A DNA stretch of 63,857 nucleotides, the filler included, from Octopus bimaculoides (lineage: Eukaryota), in assembly GCF_001194135.2 (NCBI RefSeq). It is 4 parts of 3 records of this genome, joined end to end, with 100 filler letters (N's around TTAATTAATTAA, not from the genome) between each part and the next. Parts side by side here need not be neighbours in the genome. Positions count along the whole stretch, not along the records: positions 1 to 17,682 come from NC_068982.1; 3 more parts are not named here. One strand, given 5' to 3'. A program made the position numbers and the translations under genes. The notes under the pieces are model-generated. The model worked only from the letters and a program-made list of their open reading frames with translations, was not told where the DNA came from and did not search any database. Shown piece after piece: positions 1-13,673 of this stretch. Numbering within the stretch: position 1 is the first letter of the stretch; each line of letters opens with the position of its first letter.

Positions 1-299
1 ATATATATGTGTGTGTGTGTGTGTGTATACATACGTACACACCCACTCACACACACGCATAATGAGTACTAAATGAAAAAGTCATTCATATTCTCAATAA
101 TTTACTTTTACTCAACTACGAAATGTCTGTCAATTTATGTAATATGTATATATATATATACATACATTATATTTTTGCAAATACATACACATACATATAC
201 ATAAACATATGCAAACATATATATATACAAACACTCACACATATACATACATTCCACCCCATATATATATATATATGGAATATATGTAGGCACTTCAAT

Positions 300-1025
300 C
301 TCAATTGAAGTGCCCACATCAACAATAACGTCAATATAGCTCGTAGGATTAGCTCTTGGATCTTAAGAACCTTCCGGTCCAGAATACAAGGTGTCATCAT
401 TCCACTTTTCTCCTCCTTTGTACGGCCATACCTCGAATACTGCTGCCCCCTTGTGGTCTCCCCATACAAAACAAAACATCTCGAGGATTGAATCACCCCA
501 GAGGGCAATCACCAAACGAATTGAAGGCATGACTGATCTTGATTACTGGGACCGTCTTAAAGCCTTGAAGCTCTACTCTCTCCAGCGCCGCCGCGAGCCG
601 TACATCATTTGTACGATGTGGAAAATATACCACCAGCATTACCCAAACGACCTGAACATAAGTTTCAAAGTTCATCCAAGGCTGGGACCATGGGCCATAC
701 CTCCCCTGCCCAATTCAGGATCACAACATATAGGTACACTGCGGCATAATTTCTTTTCCTCAACAGGCCCTGCCCTGTTTAACATTGTCCCGAAACAGAT
801 AAAAGAGGAAAAGGATCCTATCAGTTTTAAACGGAGTCTAGACGGATTTCTTCAAGGAATACCAGACAAGCCACCCGTACCTGGATAGAACTCACTCAAT
901 AAGAACTCACTACTTGAATGGACCAACAAAACTTGACTATAAAAAGGATTTAGATAATCCTATCAGGTAGACATGGCCTGGACCAATCTTTGGTCAAAAC
1001 ATATCTAAGTTTATCTAAGTTTATA
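300..1025 (+). mobile_element. CR1/L2-superfamily LINE, 5'-truncated 3' fragment (RT C-terminal region and 3' UTR)
   Basis: Translation HINNNVNIARRISSWILRTFRSR...FVRPYLEYCCP, then a frameshift near 450 into LWSPHTKQNISRIESPQRAITKRIEGMTDLDYWDRLKALKLYSLQRRRE. This matches the LEY..PVWSP...LE.VQR.ATK.....Y..RL..L.L.SL.RRR pattern of CR1-type elements. Ends in a short tandem tail (atctaagttt)x2. Confidence 0.9.
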
Positions 1026-2222
1026 TAGATAAATACATATATGTGTGTGTGTGTATATATATATATATATGAATATATGTATCAGTATACACGTGTGCAT
1101 GTTTGAGTGTTTCATAATTTACACATAATTGCGGATTTCCACACGTATATCCAGTAACCAAAGAATTCCTACAATATGAGAGCCTATGGTAGCCGATACC
1201 CGGAGAAAAGTTTTGGGAAGCACGCATTAAGGTTATAACCCAGAATGCATATAAATATATTCATGTATAAATATATATATACATATATATATATACATAT
1301 GTGTGTGTATATGTATGTATGTATGTATGTATGTATATATATNNNNNNNNNNNNNNNNNNNNNNNNNNNNNNNNNNNNNNNNNNNNNNNNNNNNNNNNNN
1401 NNNNNNNNNNNNNNNNNNNNNNNNNNNNNNNNNNNNNNNNNNTGTGTAAGTTGCCTTGCGTCTTGTGTCTCGTTAGATACGTGTTTTTAAAAGTCTTCCC
1501 ATCAAAGTTGCCTGTATCACTTCTAACAAACAACCCGTTGGCGACTTTATAATATACTTCACTGGAGGGTGAGTAGAGAGTAAGAGAGTGAGGAGGAGGA
1601 GAAGATCAGAATAAGAGATTGAATATAATTGAAAGTCGGAGCGGAAGAGTGAGAGAGAAAGAGGGAGGGGGGAAGAATTTAAAGGAACTACTTCTACAAT
1701 AACTTAGAAAAATAAAAAACACACCAAGTTTCTGATAATTTTCATTGTTTTTCTTATTTCTCTTCTAGCTACTACTAATACTTTTCTTCTAATTGTTGTC
1801 TTCCATTTTCATGCTGATACTGGGGAAAGCACACTTGAAAATGATAAGGTGTGATTTTGAGGGAAAATTTGACTGTTATAATAACGTCGAGCAGTGTGGT
1901 ATTGATGTTGTCGGTCGTGTTTGTTGGTTACCGTGTTTGCGATGGCTGTGGTGATGGTGGTGGTGGTGGTGGTGTTGGTGGTAGTGGTGGTATTGTTGAT
2001 GGAAATCCTGCTTCCACTAACCAAGTTAAAAGCTGTGGCAAAACTAGATCCTTCTATCACACACACACATACACATACATATAAATATACATGGATTCAC
2101 ACACTCATCTAGCTATTTATACCCCCCTCTCTCTCGCTGTCTTTAACTTTCTCCCTCTCTCTCTCTCTCTCCCTATATACATATATATAATATATCATAT
2201 GTACATGTATACAGATATACAG

Positions 2223-2257
<35 letters not shown>

Positions 2258-2690
2258 NNNNNNNNNNNNNNNNNNNNNNNNNNNNNNNNNNNNNNNNNNN
2301 NNNNNNNNNNNNNNNNNNNNNNNNNNNNNNNNNNNNNNNNNNNNNNNNNNNNNNNNNNNNNNNNNNNNNNNNNNNNNNNNNNNNNNNNNNNNNNNNNNNN
2401 NNNNNNNNNNNNNNNATATATATAAATGTATATGCCTTTTCCCCCTACCTGCTTCATTACTTCAGTTATCTCCCCACATTTCCTCTCCCCTCTCCTCTCA
2501 TTTTCTTCCACAACTTTTCTCGTCTTTATCTTTCTCTCTTTCCTCCCTCTCACTCTGTCCCATGCGATTTCAAATAAAGCGGGCCGCCCATTCTGCCCCT
2601 CCCCTTCGCACAGAAAAATACATATGCTGTATATTTATATACATAAGTATATATATATATATATATATGTATGTATATATTTATAGTATG

Positions 2691-2725
<35 letters not shown>

Positions 2726-2898
2726 ATATATATGTATGCATGTATAGCTAACACAAGATAGCTAACCCTTCACTGTGACTACTACCATCAGGCTACCACC
2801 CTCATTCTAACTGCTTTACCCCACCCTATCACCAACCCACCTATACTTACTAATACACCACAGCCATCACCATCACCAGCACATTACTGCTACTACTG

Positions 2899-2940
<42 letters not shown>

Positions 2941-4578
2941 TCCTGGTATAGACATTTTAAGTCACATATTTCAGTTTAGTTCCACACCACTCTGCCAGTC
3001 AGTCAGACTTTTTTACGTCTTGTTGTTGCCGCCGCAATTGACGCCGCCGCCGCAGTCGACGCCGACGACGTCGCCGTCGTGGATACTCTACCATATACCC
3101 CGTCCCCCCACTCCATCCATACCCCTTGCCACCCGATCTACCCGTTTCGTTTTCTATTTTTCACCTCTGTCTGTGTTTGTGTGTGTGCATGTGTATCTGT
3201 TTGTGTGAATGTGTATGTGTGAGTGTATGTAGCTTCACTCTACTTTTTTTCATCTTTCTCTACACGTTTATCCTACGTATAAATACAGACACACAAATAC
3301 ATTCCCTTTATACATACTTATATCATATACACACATGCGTGTGTAGAGAGAAACTTCCATGCAGCAAGTGTAGATACACAAAGTTTTCCTATATATATAT
3401 ATAAATATATATACACGTAACATGCTCTCACGTACATGCATATTTACAAATACATATCTATACACACTATCGTAACACATATTTACATGCGCATCCGTTA
3501 GAGCACGTCGATACAAAGAATTATAAAACGCACACCAACAAATAAAACATGGAAGCAACACACATGTACAACAAATACAGGGAACATACGTTTATTATTT
3601 AGACATATTAACATAGTACACACATACACACACTCTCTCACACACTTCGATTCCATTCCAGTCTCTTTAGTCTTTCTTTTACTGTTTTTTTTCCTCACGT
3701 ACGTATATATGCATAGCTTGCATTATACACACACACACACACACACACACTCAAACAATATATGTGATACTTAAACACATATATCAATATTATATGCCAC
3801 ATAAACAATGTAATATGTATGTATTTGTATATCCTCGTATAGCCTTAAATGCAGCTATCAACAAACTTATAGATTTCCATCACACGCATACACGCGCATA
3901 TCATTATATATTTACATACACTTAAATTATACGTTTTGACATATACATACACGTGCATACATATCTATCTATCTATCTATCTATACCTACATATATATAT
4001 ATGTGTGTGTGCATATCTGTATATATTTATATATGTACACACATATATCATTCTTTTTCTTTTTCTTCCGTCAGTTAGTTTCTCCCCCTCTAACTTCTCC
4101 TTTTTCTTCTTCTTCTTCTTTCTCCCCCCCTCCGCAAACATACTCATCTCGTACATACGTATCTACAATTTTCCCCCCTTCCCCTCCTACTTCTCATCCT
4201 CCTCCTCCTTCGCCGCCGCCTCCTCCTCATCCTCCTCCTCCTTCTTCTTCGCGTGGATTTTTCAAAGTCTGCTTTAATTCTTGGAGGACCAAAAGTTTGT
4301 TGCTCATACCGCTGACGTTCATTTTATCGTTTGTATTTTCTTCGTGGTGGTGGTGTTGTGCCAACCGAAATATCGACACACTAATACCACCACAGCCGCC
4401 GCCACCACCACCACCACCAGCGCCACCACCATCAGGAACTACAATCGCTATCATATCATTCACTACACTTTGCCAAGTCGGCTTTAAACGAGTGCACACC
4501 ACTCCACAACCACTACAAGTACTATAACCAAGAAATAGTACAGTGGTAGTATAATACACACAAATACTAAATAATACT

Positions 4579-4623
<45 letters not shown>

Positions 4624-4839
4624 ACAGCAGCAGCCGTTTCTGAATTTGCCTGTCTCTCAGACAATCACACATACACAGCCTTTCACCCGTCTTCGTGTTC
4701 AAGCTACCCTTTTATCCTAACCTCGACCCTGCTTCTTTTCCCCCTCTCCGTCGCCGCCAGCGCAGTTACGGCTGCTTTTTCTTTTCACTCTCTTCTTTTC
4801 TCTTTTTCTGTCTCTATCGCACGCATACAAATAATCTCC

Positions 4840-4877
<38 letters not shown>

Positions 4878-5138
4878 TACATGTACAAACACCGCCTCCA
4901 CCCTTATCGTTTCGTCTCCACTATCACAACCACCACCACCACCACCACCACCTCCAGCACCGTACATAACTTTTTTCTCTTCCACACAAACACACATTCC
5001 CACTACAAACACTCATAAAAACACAACTACATATACATAAACACACACATACTTTTACGTCGTCAGCCAATACTATTTACTTCTATTTGTAACTACACAG
5101 ATATACGCATACACCTTGCTCCACCCTTTTCTACAAAT

Positions 5139-5169
<31 letters not shown>

Positions 5170-5453
5170 GAACGCCTCCACTTGCCGCTCTCACCCTCAT
5201 ACATACATACATTCATTCATTCATACAGACACTCACACATTTTTTCTTTTACTTGTTTCGGTTTATTTATACATACGTATTGCTTACTCACCACAAGCAA
5301 GCAACCATTTCTTAACACGCACTAACAGAAACACACACACACACACACATACATATATATACACGAAAAAAAAATCAACGCCGATCAACTCAAGAATGCC
5401 TCGCTAGCATTATAATATACCCAAGTATATTCACACTACAGGCATATATATAC

Positions 5454-5489
<36 letters not shown>

Positions 5490-5747
5490 GTATATATACA
5501 TATACATATATATGTACGTGCACACGCGCACACGTATCTAGGTATATACCATCACATATTTTGTTAGCCTCGCACTTTTTCTCACACAGACTCTCTCTCT
5601 GTCTCTCTCTCTTCTCCCCCTTTCTCTCCCCCTAACCTAACACAAAATCCCCACCACCATCACCACCACCACTTTTACTTCTGCTGCTGCTACTACTACT
5701 ACTACTACTGCTGCTGCTGCTGTCGCTGCAATGGATGCCATGCTTAG

Positions 5748-5864
5748 TTTATGGCAAAGACCTCAAACTCAGCAGCAACGAAAGTTGCACGCTGCCACGA
5801 TGGACGCTGTTCGGATTTACTGCTACCCTACACACGCTGCAGTTTCTCAACCAGTTTTCCCAAG
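5748..5864 (+). CDS. Candidate exon of an unidentified gene (117 nt; reading frame unresolved)
   Basis: Unique-complexity island between microsatellites. Upstream pyrimidine tract with CTAAC, first downstream AG at 5746-5747, donor AAG|gtaaat at 5864/5865. All three frames are open. ATG at 5800 sits in GCCACGATGG context. Confidence 0.35.
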
Positions 5865-5884
5865 GTAAATAACATATATATACG

Positions 5885-5929
<45 letters not shown>

Positions 5930-5991
5930 GAATGTTTATGTATGAATGTGTATATATACATATATACACTTTCTCACACGTGTGTCAATGA

Positions 5992-6042
<51 letters not shown>

Positions 6043-6624
6043 TATAAATATAAATGTGTATGAATTATTAGAGATGTGGGTTGTGTTCATATGTCTGGCA
6101 GGGGTTGTATGTTTGAATGCATGTGTATATTATATATAGTTATGTATGTGCCTGCGTGCGTGCGTGCGTGTGTTTGTGTGTGTACATCTGGGTAGATGGT
6201 TGTTGAATGGATGTATATATATATATACCCCGGTTCTTTGCTTAATAAATAAACTGGTATCAATAAAAATATTCCTGGAAAAGTTTTACCGCCATAACAC
6301 CCGTCTTTATTATCACCAATACTACAAGTCACTCCACACACTGCTATCACCATCACCACTACCACCACCAACAACAACAACAACAATAATCATAAATATC
6401 GAGTTGTTCGACATGACTAGAAAGAACAGCTAAATTACCCTCAAAATACACGTTACGATACTTGAAATGTATAGGATATATAAATAATGTTGGTTTTCTT
6501 ACGATATGTCGTAAAAATGTAGTGATGGTCACGGCTAGAACAACTATCATTAGAGGTCTGGTCATCATCATCATCATTGTCGTCTTTTAATATTCTCTAA
6601 GTCCGTCACTTACGATCCAGCATC

Positions 6625-6820
6625 AGTAAGGAACGAGCCTCTCTTACTCAGTCGCTCGGCTTGCTAAAAACAGCAGCCAGTTTAATTTTTTAAAAGCAAA
6701 TCACACCCTTACAGTCTTTAGGATGATGTACATGGTCTTTCAGTGAATTGTGCCTAGGGAGTGGGGGGAGGGAGGTGGTAATTAGCAGGCTGGTCATGGC
6801 TGGAGCGCTTAGTCTTCTCG
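6625..6820 (+). repeat. Dispersed repeat family C (core gctagaaatagcagccaaat..ctcaaatcacacc), unclassified, probably a SINE
   Basis: The same core recurs near 7245-7450, 7730, 10395-10600, 12180-12350, 15185-15470, 15960-16050, 20000-20140, 25835, 37505-37660 and 60205, in both orientations. Confidence 0.65.
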
Positions 6821-7189
6821 GTCGGAGGTTGACTTCGGTTGGGACTAAGCGGCTGCTTCGTTAATCATGATTTTATATATAAACAGAACTAAACATTCCG
6901 CATACTACGACACCAACACAAACTGCCCACCACCATCAAACCAACAACAGCAATACTAAAATGATGATGATGATGATGATGAGGCCCACGAAAACGAGCT
7001 CCGTCATCACAAACATACGGTATTATTAATCACTGCTGTTACCGCTATTATATACGTCTGTAACTCTCAGCAAACAACCAGTATTATAATATCAGCGCTA
7101 TATACCTTCACTATCATTTAATAGCACTATCACCAACCTCTAAAGACAATAATAGCCATACCAATAATGCTACAAACACGAAAAACTCC

Positions 7190-7220
<31 letters not shown>

Positions 7221-7795
7221 GCTGCAAAAAAAATTGCATTAGAGAGCTAGAAATACCAGCCAAATTTCCTTTAAGTTACACCCTACGTCTTAGGAAGGAT
7301 GCTTATAGTATATGTTATGTAATGTGGTAAAATAGATAATACGTACGATGTTTGCCCCACCGCTTAAAAAAATATTCATCCTCCACCCACGGGATGCTCA
7401 CAGCTAAGATGCCTTTGACCATAATTGTGGACCGATCTGGCCTGGCTGATCTTTTTTCCATCACCTTTGTGTTTTTTTTTTTTTTTCTTAATTTTATTTA
7501 CCGATGGTTGGTTATGATTTGAGGGACGTATATGGTTGCTAATACTCGGTGATCGAGCCACCACCAACACAATACACCTGTGTATGTGTGTGCCGCTACA
7601 CCACTAATTCACCACTCCGAACACATTGATATGTAACCGGTTCCAACAACACTCCGATGATGACTCGGTAAATTTTTACCAGTCGTCATCATCAACATCA
7701 GCTAGTCGACAAAGGAGCCTTAAGATGGTCGCTAGAAATAGCAGCCAAATTCCCCATGCCCATCCTTTAATCCACTTTGATCCGTCTTATTGTCT

Positions 7796-7826
<31 letters not shown>

Positions 7827-8288
7827 GAAAAATGGGACAAGAACGCAAAACATCCAGACAGTTAGGTGATACAAAAAAGGGACAACAAAACATCCAGATA
7901 GACATATATAAAAAGGGACAGTAGGTGATGTGATTCTAGATATCCTTACAAAAATACGGGATGGTGACGGTTGGAATGCTTTTGATCGTGGGGCTGTTCG
8001 ATCAGGGTTGACCGACAGCGAAACAGCATCGACCAGTTAATGATAAAATCACTGTACACTCAGAAAAAGAAAAGAAAAGTTGGCGTGATGGTCACGCTCG
8101 GAACGTTTTTAATCATAGGTTGTTTCTTAGTCAGAGCAGAATTAGGGTTAGACAATAACAACGCCCCGGTATAGCGTTAATAATTGTACCACCATCACCA
8201 TCATCACTATCGCTGTCTTTTTTTACAATTGCTGCATTTGCATAAATTGCTAGTGACACATTACATAAAATACATACGTAAGCACGTA

Positions 8289-8319
<31 letters not shown>

Positions 8320-8947
8320 GCGCACACAAACGCGCGCGCGCGCGAGCACAGACTGACACAAACACATACGACCACCCAGGCACGTGCAAAAGCGGACACG
8401 CTTGCATGGACACTGTGGAAGCAAGCCACAGTCCGCGTGCGTGCGTGCGCGCACACACACACACACACTCACACGTACACACAAACATGCAAACACACAC
8501 ACACACACCTCTACAGACACGTGCAAAATCGGACACGCTTACATAGACAGCATCAAAGCAACTTTTAGCTACATTACAGGCATATATGCACAGCACACAT
8601 AACTCAGAAATGCTTGCACGCACTTTTCTTTGCAGCCAATTATATTACAGCATAAGAGCAAACACGTTTATCTATCTATCTGTATGTCTATCTATCTATC
8701 TATCTATCCTTTTCTATTCTGTTCTATCCTATTCTATACGGAGACGAAACTATAAAAGACATACATATACTACAAACAGCGCCAGTGAGAGAGCGTGGCT
8801 CTTACTATTTACCAAACCGTGGGTCCCATCCGTATCTATATCAATCATTGGCAAATTGCGGCCCGCGGGCACTTCCTGAATAACACGTCTAAACGAAAAT
8901 TAACTTTGAATTATTTTTCTTAGTTATGCAGGTCCGTCTGATGATTT

Positions 8948-8980
<33 letters not shown>

Positions 8981-9738
8981 NNNNNNNNNNNNNNNNNNNN
9001 NNNNNNNNNNNNNNNNNNNNNNNNNNNNNNNNNNNNNNNNNNNNNNNNNNNNNNNNNNNNNNNNNNNNNNNNNNNNNNNNNNNNNNNNNNNNNNNNNNNN
9101 NNNNNNNNNNNNNNNNNNNNNNNNNNNNNNNNNNNNNNNNNNNNNNNNNNNNNNNNNNNNNNNNNNNNNNNNNNNNNNNNNNNNNNNNNNNNNNNNNNNN
9201 NNNNNNNNNNNNNNNNNNNNNNNNNNNNNNNNNNNNNNNNNNNNNNNNNNNNNNNNNNNNNNNNNNNNNNNNNNNNNNNNNNNNNNNNNNNNNNNNNNNN
9301 NNNNNNNNNNNNNNNNNNNNNNNNNNNNNNNNNNNNNNNNNNNNNNNNNNNNNNNNNNNNNNNNNNNNNNNNNNNNNNNNNNNNNNNNNNNNNNNNNNNN
9401 NNNNNNNNNNNNNNNNNNNNNNNNNNNNNNNNNNNNNNNNNNNNNNNNNNNNNNNNNNNNNNNNNNNNNNNNNNNNNNNNNNNNNNNNNNNNNNNNNNNN
9501 NNNNNNNNNNNNNNNNNNNNNNNNNNNNNNNNNNNNNNNNNNNNNNNNNNNNNNNNNNNNNNNNNNNNNNNNNNNNNNNNNNNNNNNNNNNNNNNNNNNN
9601 NNNNNNNNNNNNNNNNNNNNNNNNNNNNNNNNNNNNNNNNNNNNNNNNNNNNNNNNNNNNNNNNNNNNNNNNNNNNNNNNNNNNNNNNNNNNNNNNNNNN
9701 NNNNNNNNNNNNNNNNNNNNNNNNNNNNNNNNNNNNNN

Positions 9739-9772
<34 letters not shown>

Positions 9773-11656
9773 ATAAGTAAATACACATGCACACGCGCAT
9801 ATTGATATTCACACGAACAGAACACATGAAACGCAAGCATGACAGAAAAAAATACCCCAAACGCATTCGCAAATACATCCTAGTAACCTATCATACACCC
9901 TCTGAGCATTTACACACACACACACACACACACATTATATTTATACCATTGTATCTTTGTTTTTTTTTTCAACCTAATTTATATACTGACGTATATGAAC
10001 ACACACAAAGACAGGCGTACAGACATGCATACACACTAATGTAAAGCTCACCACGTACTCATGCTATATGATTATACGTTGAGTGTGTGTATGTACGTAT
10101 TATACAATATCGTCACATTGAACATACAATATGAACATGAATATATGGGGAAGTAAATACGTATACACACCAAAGTTATTCGTGCATGCGCACACACACA
10201 CACACACACACACACATACAAACGCTAACGCTTACACACAGATACACACACACACATACATACAAATGCTAACGCTTACACACAGATACACACACACACA
10301 CACACACACACACAGCCTCTCTAAATCGCATTATATTGTCATTCGTTCTCTCTCCCATAAACCAACGACAGCACCTCTACGTGGTCGCTCGGCATGTTAG
10401 AAATCGTTGCCAAAATCTCCTCAAATGACGTTGCTGGTTTAATATGTTTAGTCACAAATCAAAAACGATAATATGATTAGTCATAAATTAAAGACAATGT
10501 CAGGATGGTCCTAGTTTAAATACCGTCGATCATATGCTGGCTGGATAGGAGCTAACGTGGAGTTGAACAACGCTGAAATAGCTTTGACAATTCATATTCG
10601 TCGAGGATCAATATAGCTACAAAGAAATTATTATTGTATCGTCCTGTGTCGCCCTCGATCTTTTTGTAAACCCTCAGTTGTCAATAAAAAAAGTATTATG
10701 CATGCCTTAATGGTCACGGTGACCGTAGTTTTGTGGAATTTCCACGAGTGATTCTCAGAAGTCTCCCTCTTTTTGAGGAATTATTCAGTGTTTGAAGTTT
10801 AATGTTACTGTTATTCTTCTTTTTGCATATTCTTTCAAGTAATCTCTCCTTTTTTTTTCGTGGTTGATTAAGAAAACTTCAGCGCGTCGGGCAAAATGCT
10901 TAGCGACTTTCTGTTCTTACTTACTGTTAGACAAGATTATTTCGAGAAGGAATTGTTCAATTTTTTTTTCTAACCTTATTCTGTTTTGATCAGTTAAAAC
11001 CTTTGTAAGAAAAGTTAGGAATTGTTGATTACAGCTGTTACTAATGAACAGACCCTCGCTATTTTAGGCTTACATTACCCGTTATTTGCCGTTCCGGGAT
11101 TGGTGGCAAAATTCGTTGCTATTTCTGTTAGTCCCCCCCCCCCTCGTTCATGCTCTGAAGTCGCTGAGACCTGGGTCTTTTAATTCGCTTATATCATAAT
11201 TACTAAACTTGCTTAAAAGTCCAAATAAATATTTTATAGTTTATGATTTGTTTTGCCATTTTATAAAGAAGTTATTGCATAGCTGTGGAGTCAGCTGTTT
11301 CACAGTCCATCGTTAGTTGTCCTATAATCCTTTCTGCTTATATAGCTATAAAGGCCTGAAATTGAGCACATCTATCCCTGTGCTCAACTGGTCCTTATAT
11401 TATCGATCCTGGAAAGATGAAAGGCAAAATCGACCTTGAGGGAATTTTGTTTTTCTATAAATATTTCTAACATGCACAAAGCTTGAGATTTTGAGGGGAG
11501 GGGTTAATCGATTATATCGGCTCTAGTACTTTATTTTAGTGACCACGGACGTATGAAAGGTTAAGTTGACTCAGAATGTAAAGAATCGGTACCAAATACT
11601 GCGAGGTATTTTTACTGATGCTCAAACAATTCCGCCAGTCCTTGTTTGTAACGCAG

Positions 11657-11820
11657 AAAGCGCGTCGCCTAGTGGTTAACGAATTCTACTTATGATAAGT
11701 AAAGTCGTGAGTTTGATTCCCAGATCGGATGACGCATTATCTCCTTGAGCAAGTTGCTTCATTTTGCTTTGCTCCAGTTTGCTCAGCTGTAAACGAGTGC
11801 CAACCGGTTGCTGATGCAGC
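11657..11820 (+). mobile_element. tRNA-derived SINE head (degenerate)
   Basis: gcgcgtcgcctagtggttaa (A-box-like) ... gagtttgattccc (B-box-like), followed by ccttgagcaagttgcttc, a CORE-like motif. Related heads at 44941 and 53623. Confidence 0.6.
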
Positions 11821-11825
11821 CCCCT

Positions 11826-11862
<37 letters not shown>

Positions 11863-12765
11863 CTTGGGTCATAACTGAATGTCCACGAGGATGTTTGTAA
11901 CTGTTTTCGCGACTGCAGAGGCTGCTAAAACGATTAACGAAGGCATGGCAACGTTTATCTATGCAGTCAAAATCGCTCGCAAATCACAGCTGACTGTACA
12001 TCTCTTTCTTTCTCTTTTTTTTTCCCCCCCTTAACATGCCACAAGGCCAGAAATTTGAGTGAGGAGGAGGAGGAGGAGGGGGGACAGTCGATTATATCGA
12101 GCCCAGTATGTGACTTGTAGTTTTTTCAACCTCGGCAGGATTTGAACTCCAAATGTAAAGAGCCAGAACAAATACCGCCAGATATATTATGTCCGATGCT
12201 TTTACGATTTTGTTGTTGTTTGTCCCTTGATCAGTTCTAATCAAAAGCATTTTGACTGTTACCATTCAATCATAGTATACTAAGCTAATGTGTCTTTCTT
12301 TAAAAATATTTTTAAAGACGGTGGTGCATCAGTAGGCCGCAGCTCTAAGCTGAAACTTAAAAAAAAAAAAAAAAAAAGACGGGTTTTATTTCAAGGAAGT
12401 TTGACTTTTGTTCCTCCCAGGTCAAGTGACACAAAAGTAGTATTATTGTTTAGTTTCCGGTCACCCTAATCGAATAACCCTATGATGAAAAATATTCCAG
12501 CTGTGACTATCCCGCCTTTTACCTACGTGGAGGGAGCCCAAGTCCATAACCACCATTTCTTTTAAGTCAATGTTGTGTGATTTGAGAAAAGATTTGGCTG
12601 TTATTTCTAACAGGCCAGTTGACAAATATAAAGTCTTCTCTTCTACGCTCGGGTACTAGGTCACAGAATTTGGATGGCGGGAAAGCTCCCGCTGAAGTTA
12701 AATAAAGTACAGGTCACATACTGGGATCGATATAATCGACTGTCCCCCCTCTTACTCAAATTTCT

Positions 12766-13629
12766 GGTCTTGTGGCATGTTAAGGGGAAAAAAAAGAAAA
12801 GAGAAAAGAAACATGTACAATCAGCTGTCACTTGCGAGCGAATTTGAAATCGTGACATAAAGAGACAACACTTTAAAAGACCGGCGCTTTGTTCTGCTGT
12901 TTCTGCCAGCCAAATAATAATGGCATAGGAGTTCCTTACCGTTACAACCTGAGCTCAAATACCGTCCAGGCAGAATTCGCTTCACACTTTTTTTTTTTTA
13001 ATATTTTTTTTTAACAACCTTTATACTTGTTTCAGTTCGGAGCTGTAGTCGAGCTGGAGGTACTGAATTTTTTTAATTTTTTTTTTTTAACGATTTCGTT
13101 TGTAAGGATATCTTACAGGAATACTGAATCGACTCAAGTATTTGACTGACACTTTGTTTATCTACAGCCCTCCCTTCCTCCCCCTCCCCCAGGAGGATGA
13201 ATTAATTCTAGAAGTTACAAAAGTATGGGCACTTAGCTATAAGTTTGATGAGCGCCATGCACGAAACTCTGTGTCCTTGAGTCACTTTCGTAACTTCTTG
13301 TTTAAACGAGTAATATGTGTGTGTGTAGGCGTGTGGCTTTATGGTTGGGACGTACACTTATCGCAAGAGCGCAGTGTCAGTCCACTTGGCTGCAAATGGG
13401 TAAACCTTGCGACGGACTGGGATGACCTTGGCCACTTACCAACAGGAAACCGGCTCTATGTGTTCTGGGACTCAGGACAGTAATGCCCATGTTCACATGT
13501 GTCTGTCTATCTATGTGTCGAGATAGCACCGCTCTTTTTAAGTGCTGTCTATGTCACGATTTCAAATTCGCTCGCAAGTGACAGCTGATTGTACGTCTCT
13601 TTTTTTTTTCCTTAACATGCCATAAGGCC
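12766..13629. repeat. Inverted pair of ~110-125 bp repeats enclosing ~630 bp (possible MITE or fold-back element)
   Basis: 12766-12890 is the reverse complement of ~13525-13629 (ggcatgttaa...tgtacaatcagctgtcacttgcgagcgaatttgaaatcgtgacata). A third copy of the same end lies at ~11965-12050. Confidence 0.5.

Positions 13630-13673
<44 letters not shown>

Noticed and set aside
1170-1215. Hammerhead-like string atatga-gagcctatggtagcc-gata-c-ccgg
   Set aside because: Several core positions mismatch (CUG missing, GAUA for GAAA). At best a decayed remnant.
6965-7010. tgatgaggcccacgaaaacgagctccgtc resembling a hammerhead
   Set aside because: The TGATGA comes from a (GAT)n run, C3 is absent and stem II has a single pair.
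8889-9878. Long ORFs spanning N gaps (also 24012-24893, 42183-43172, 47415-48248, 53131-53684)
   Set aside because: Open only because N codons translate as X.
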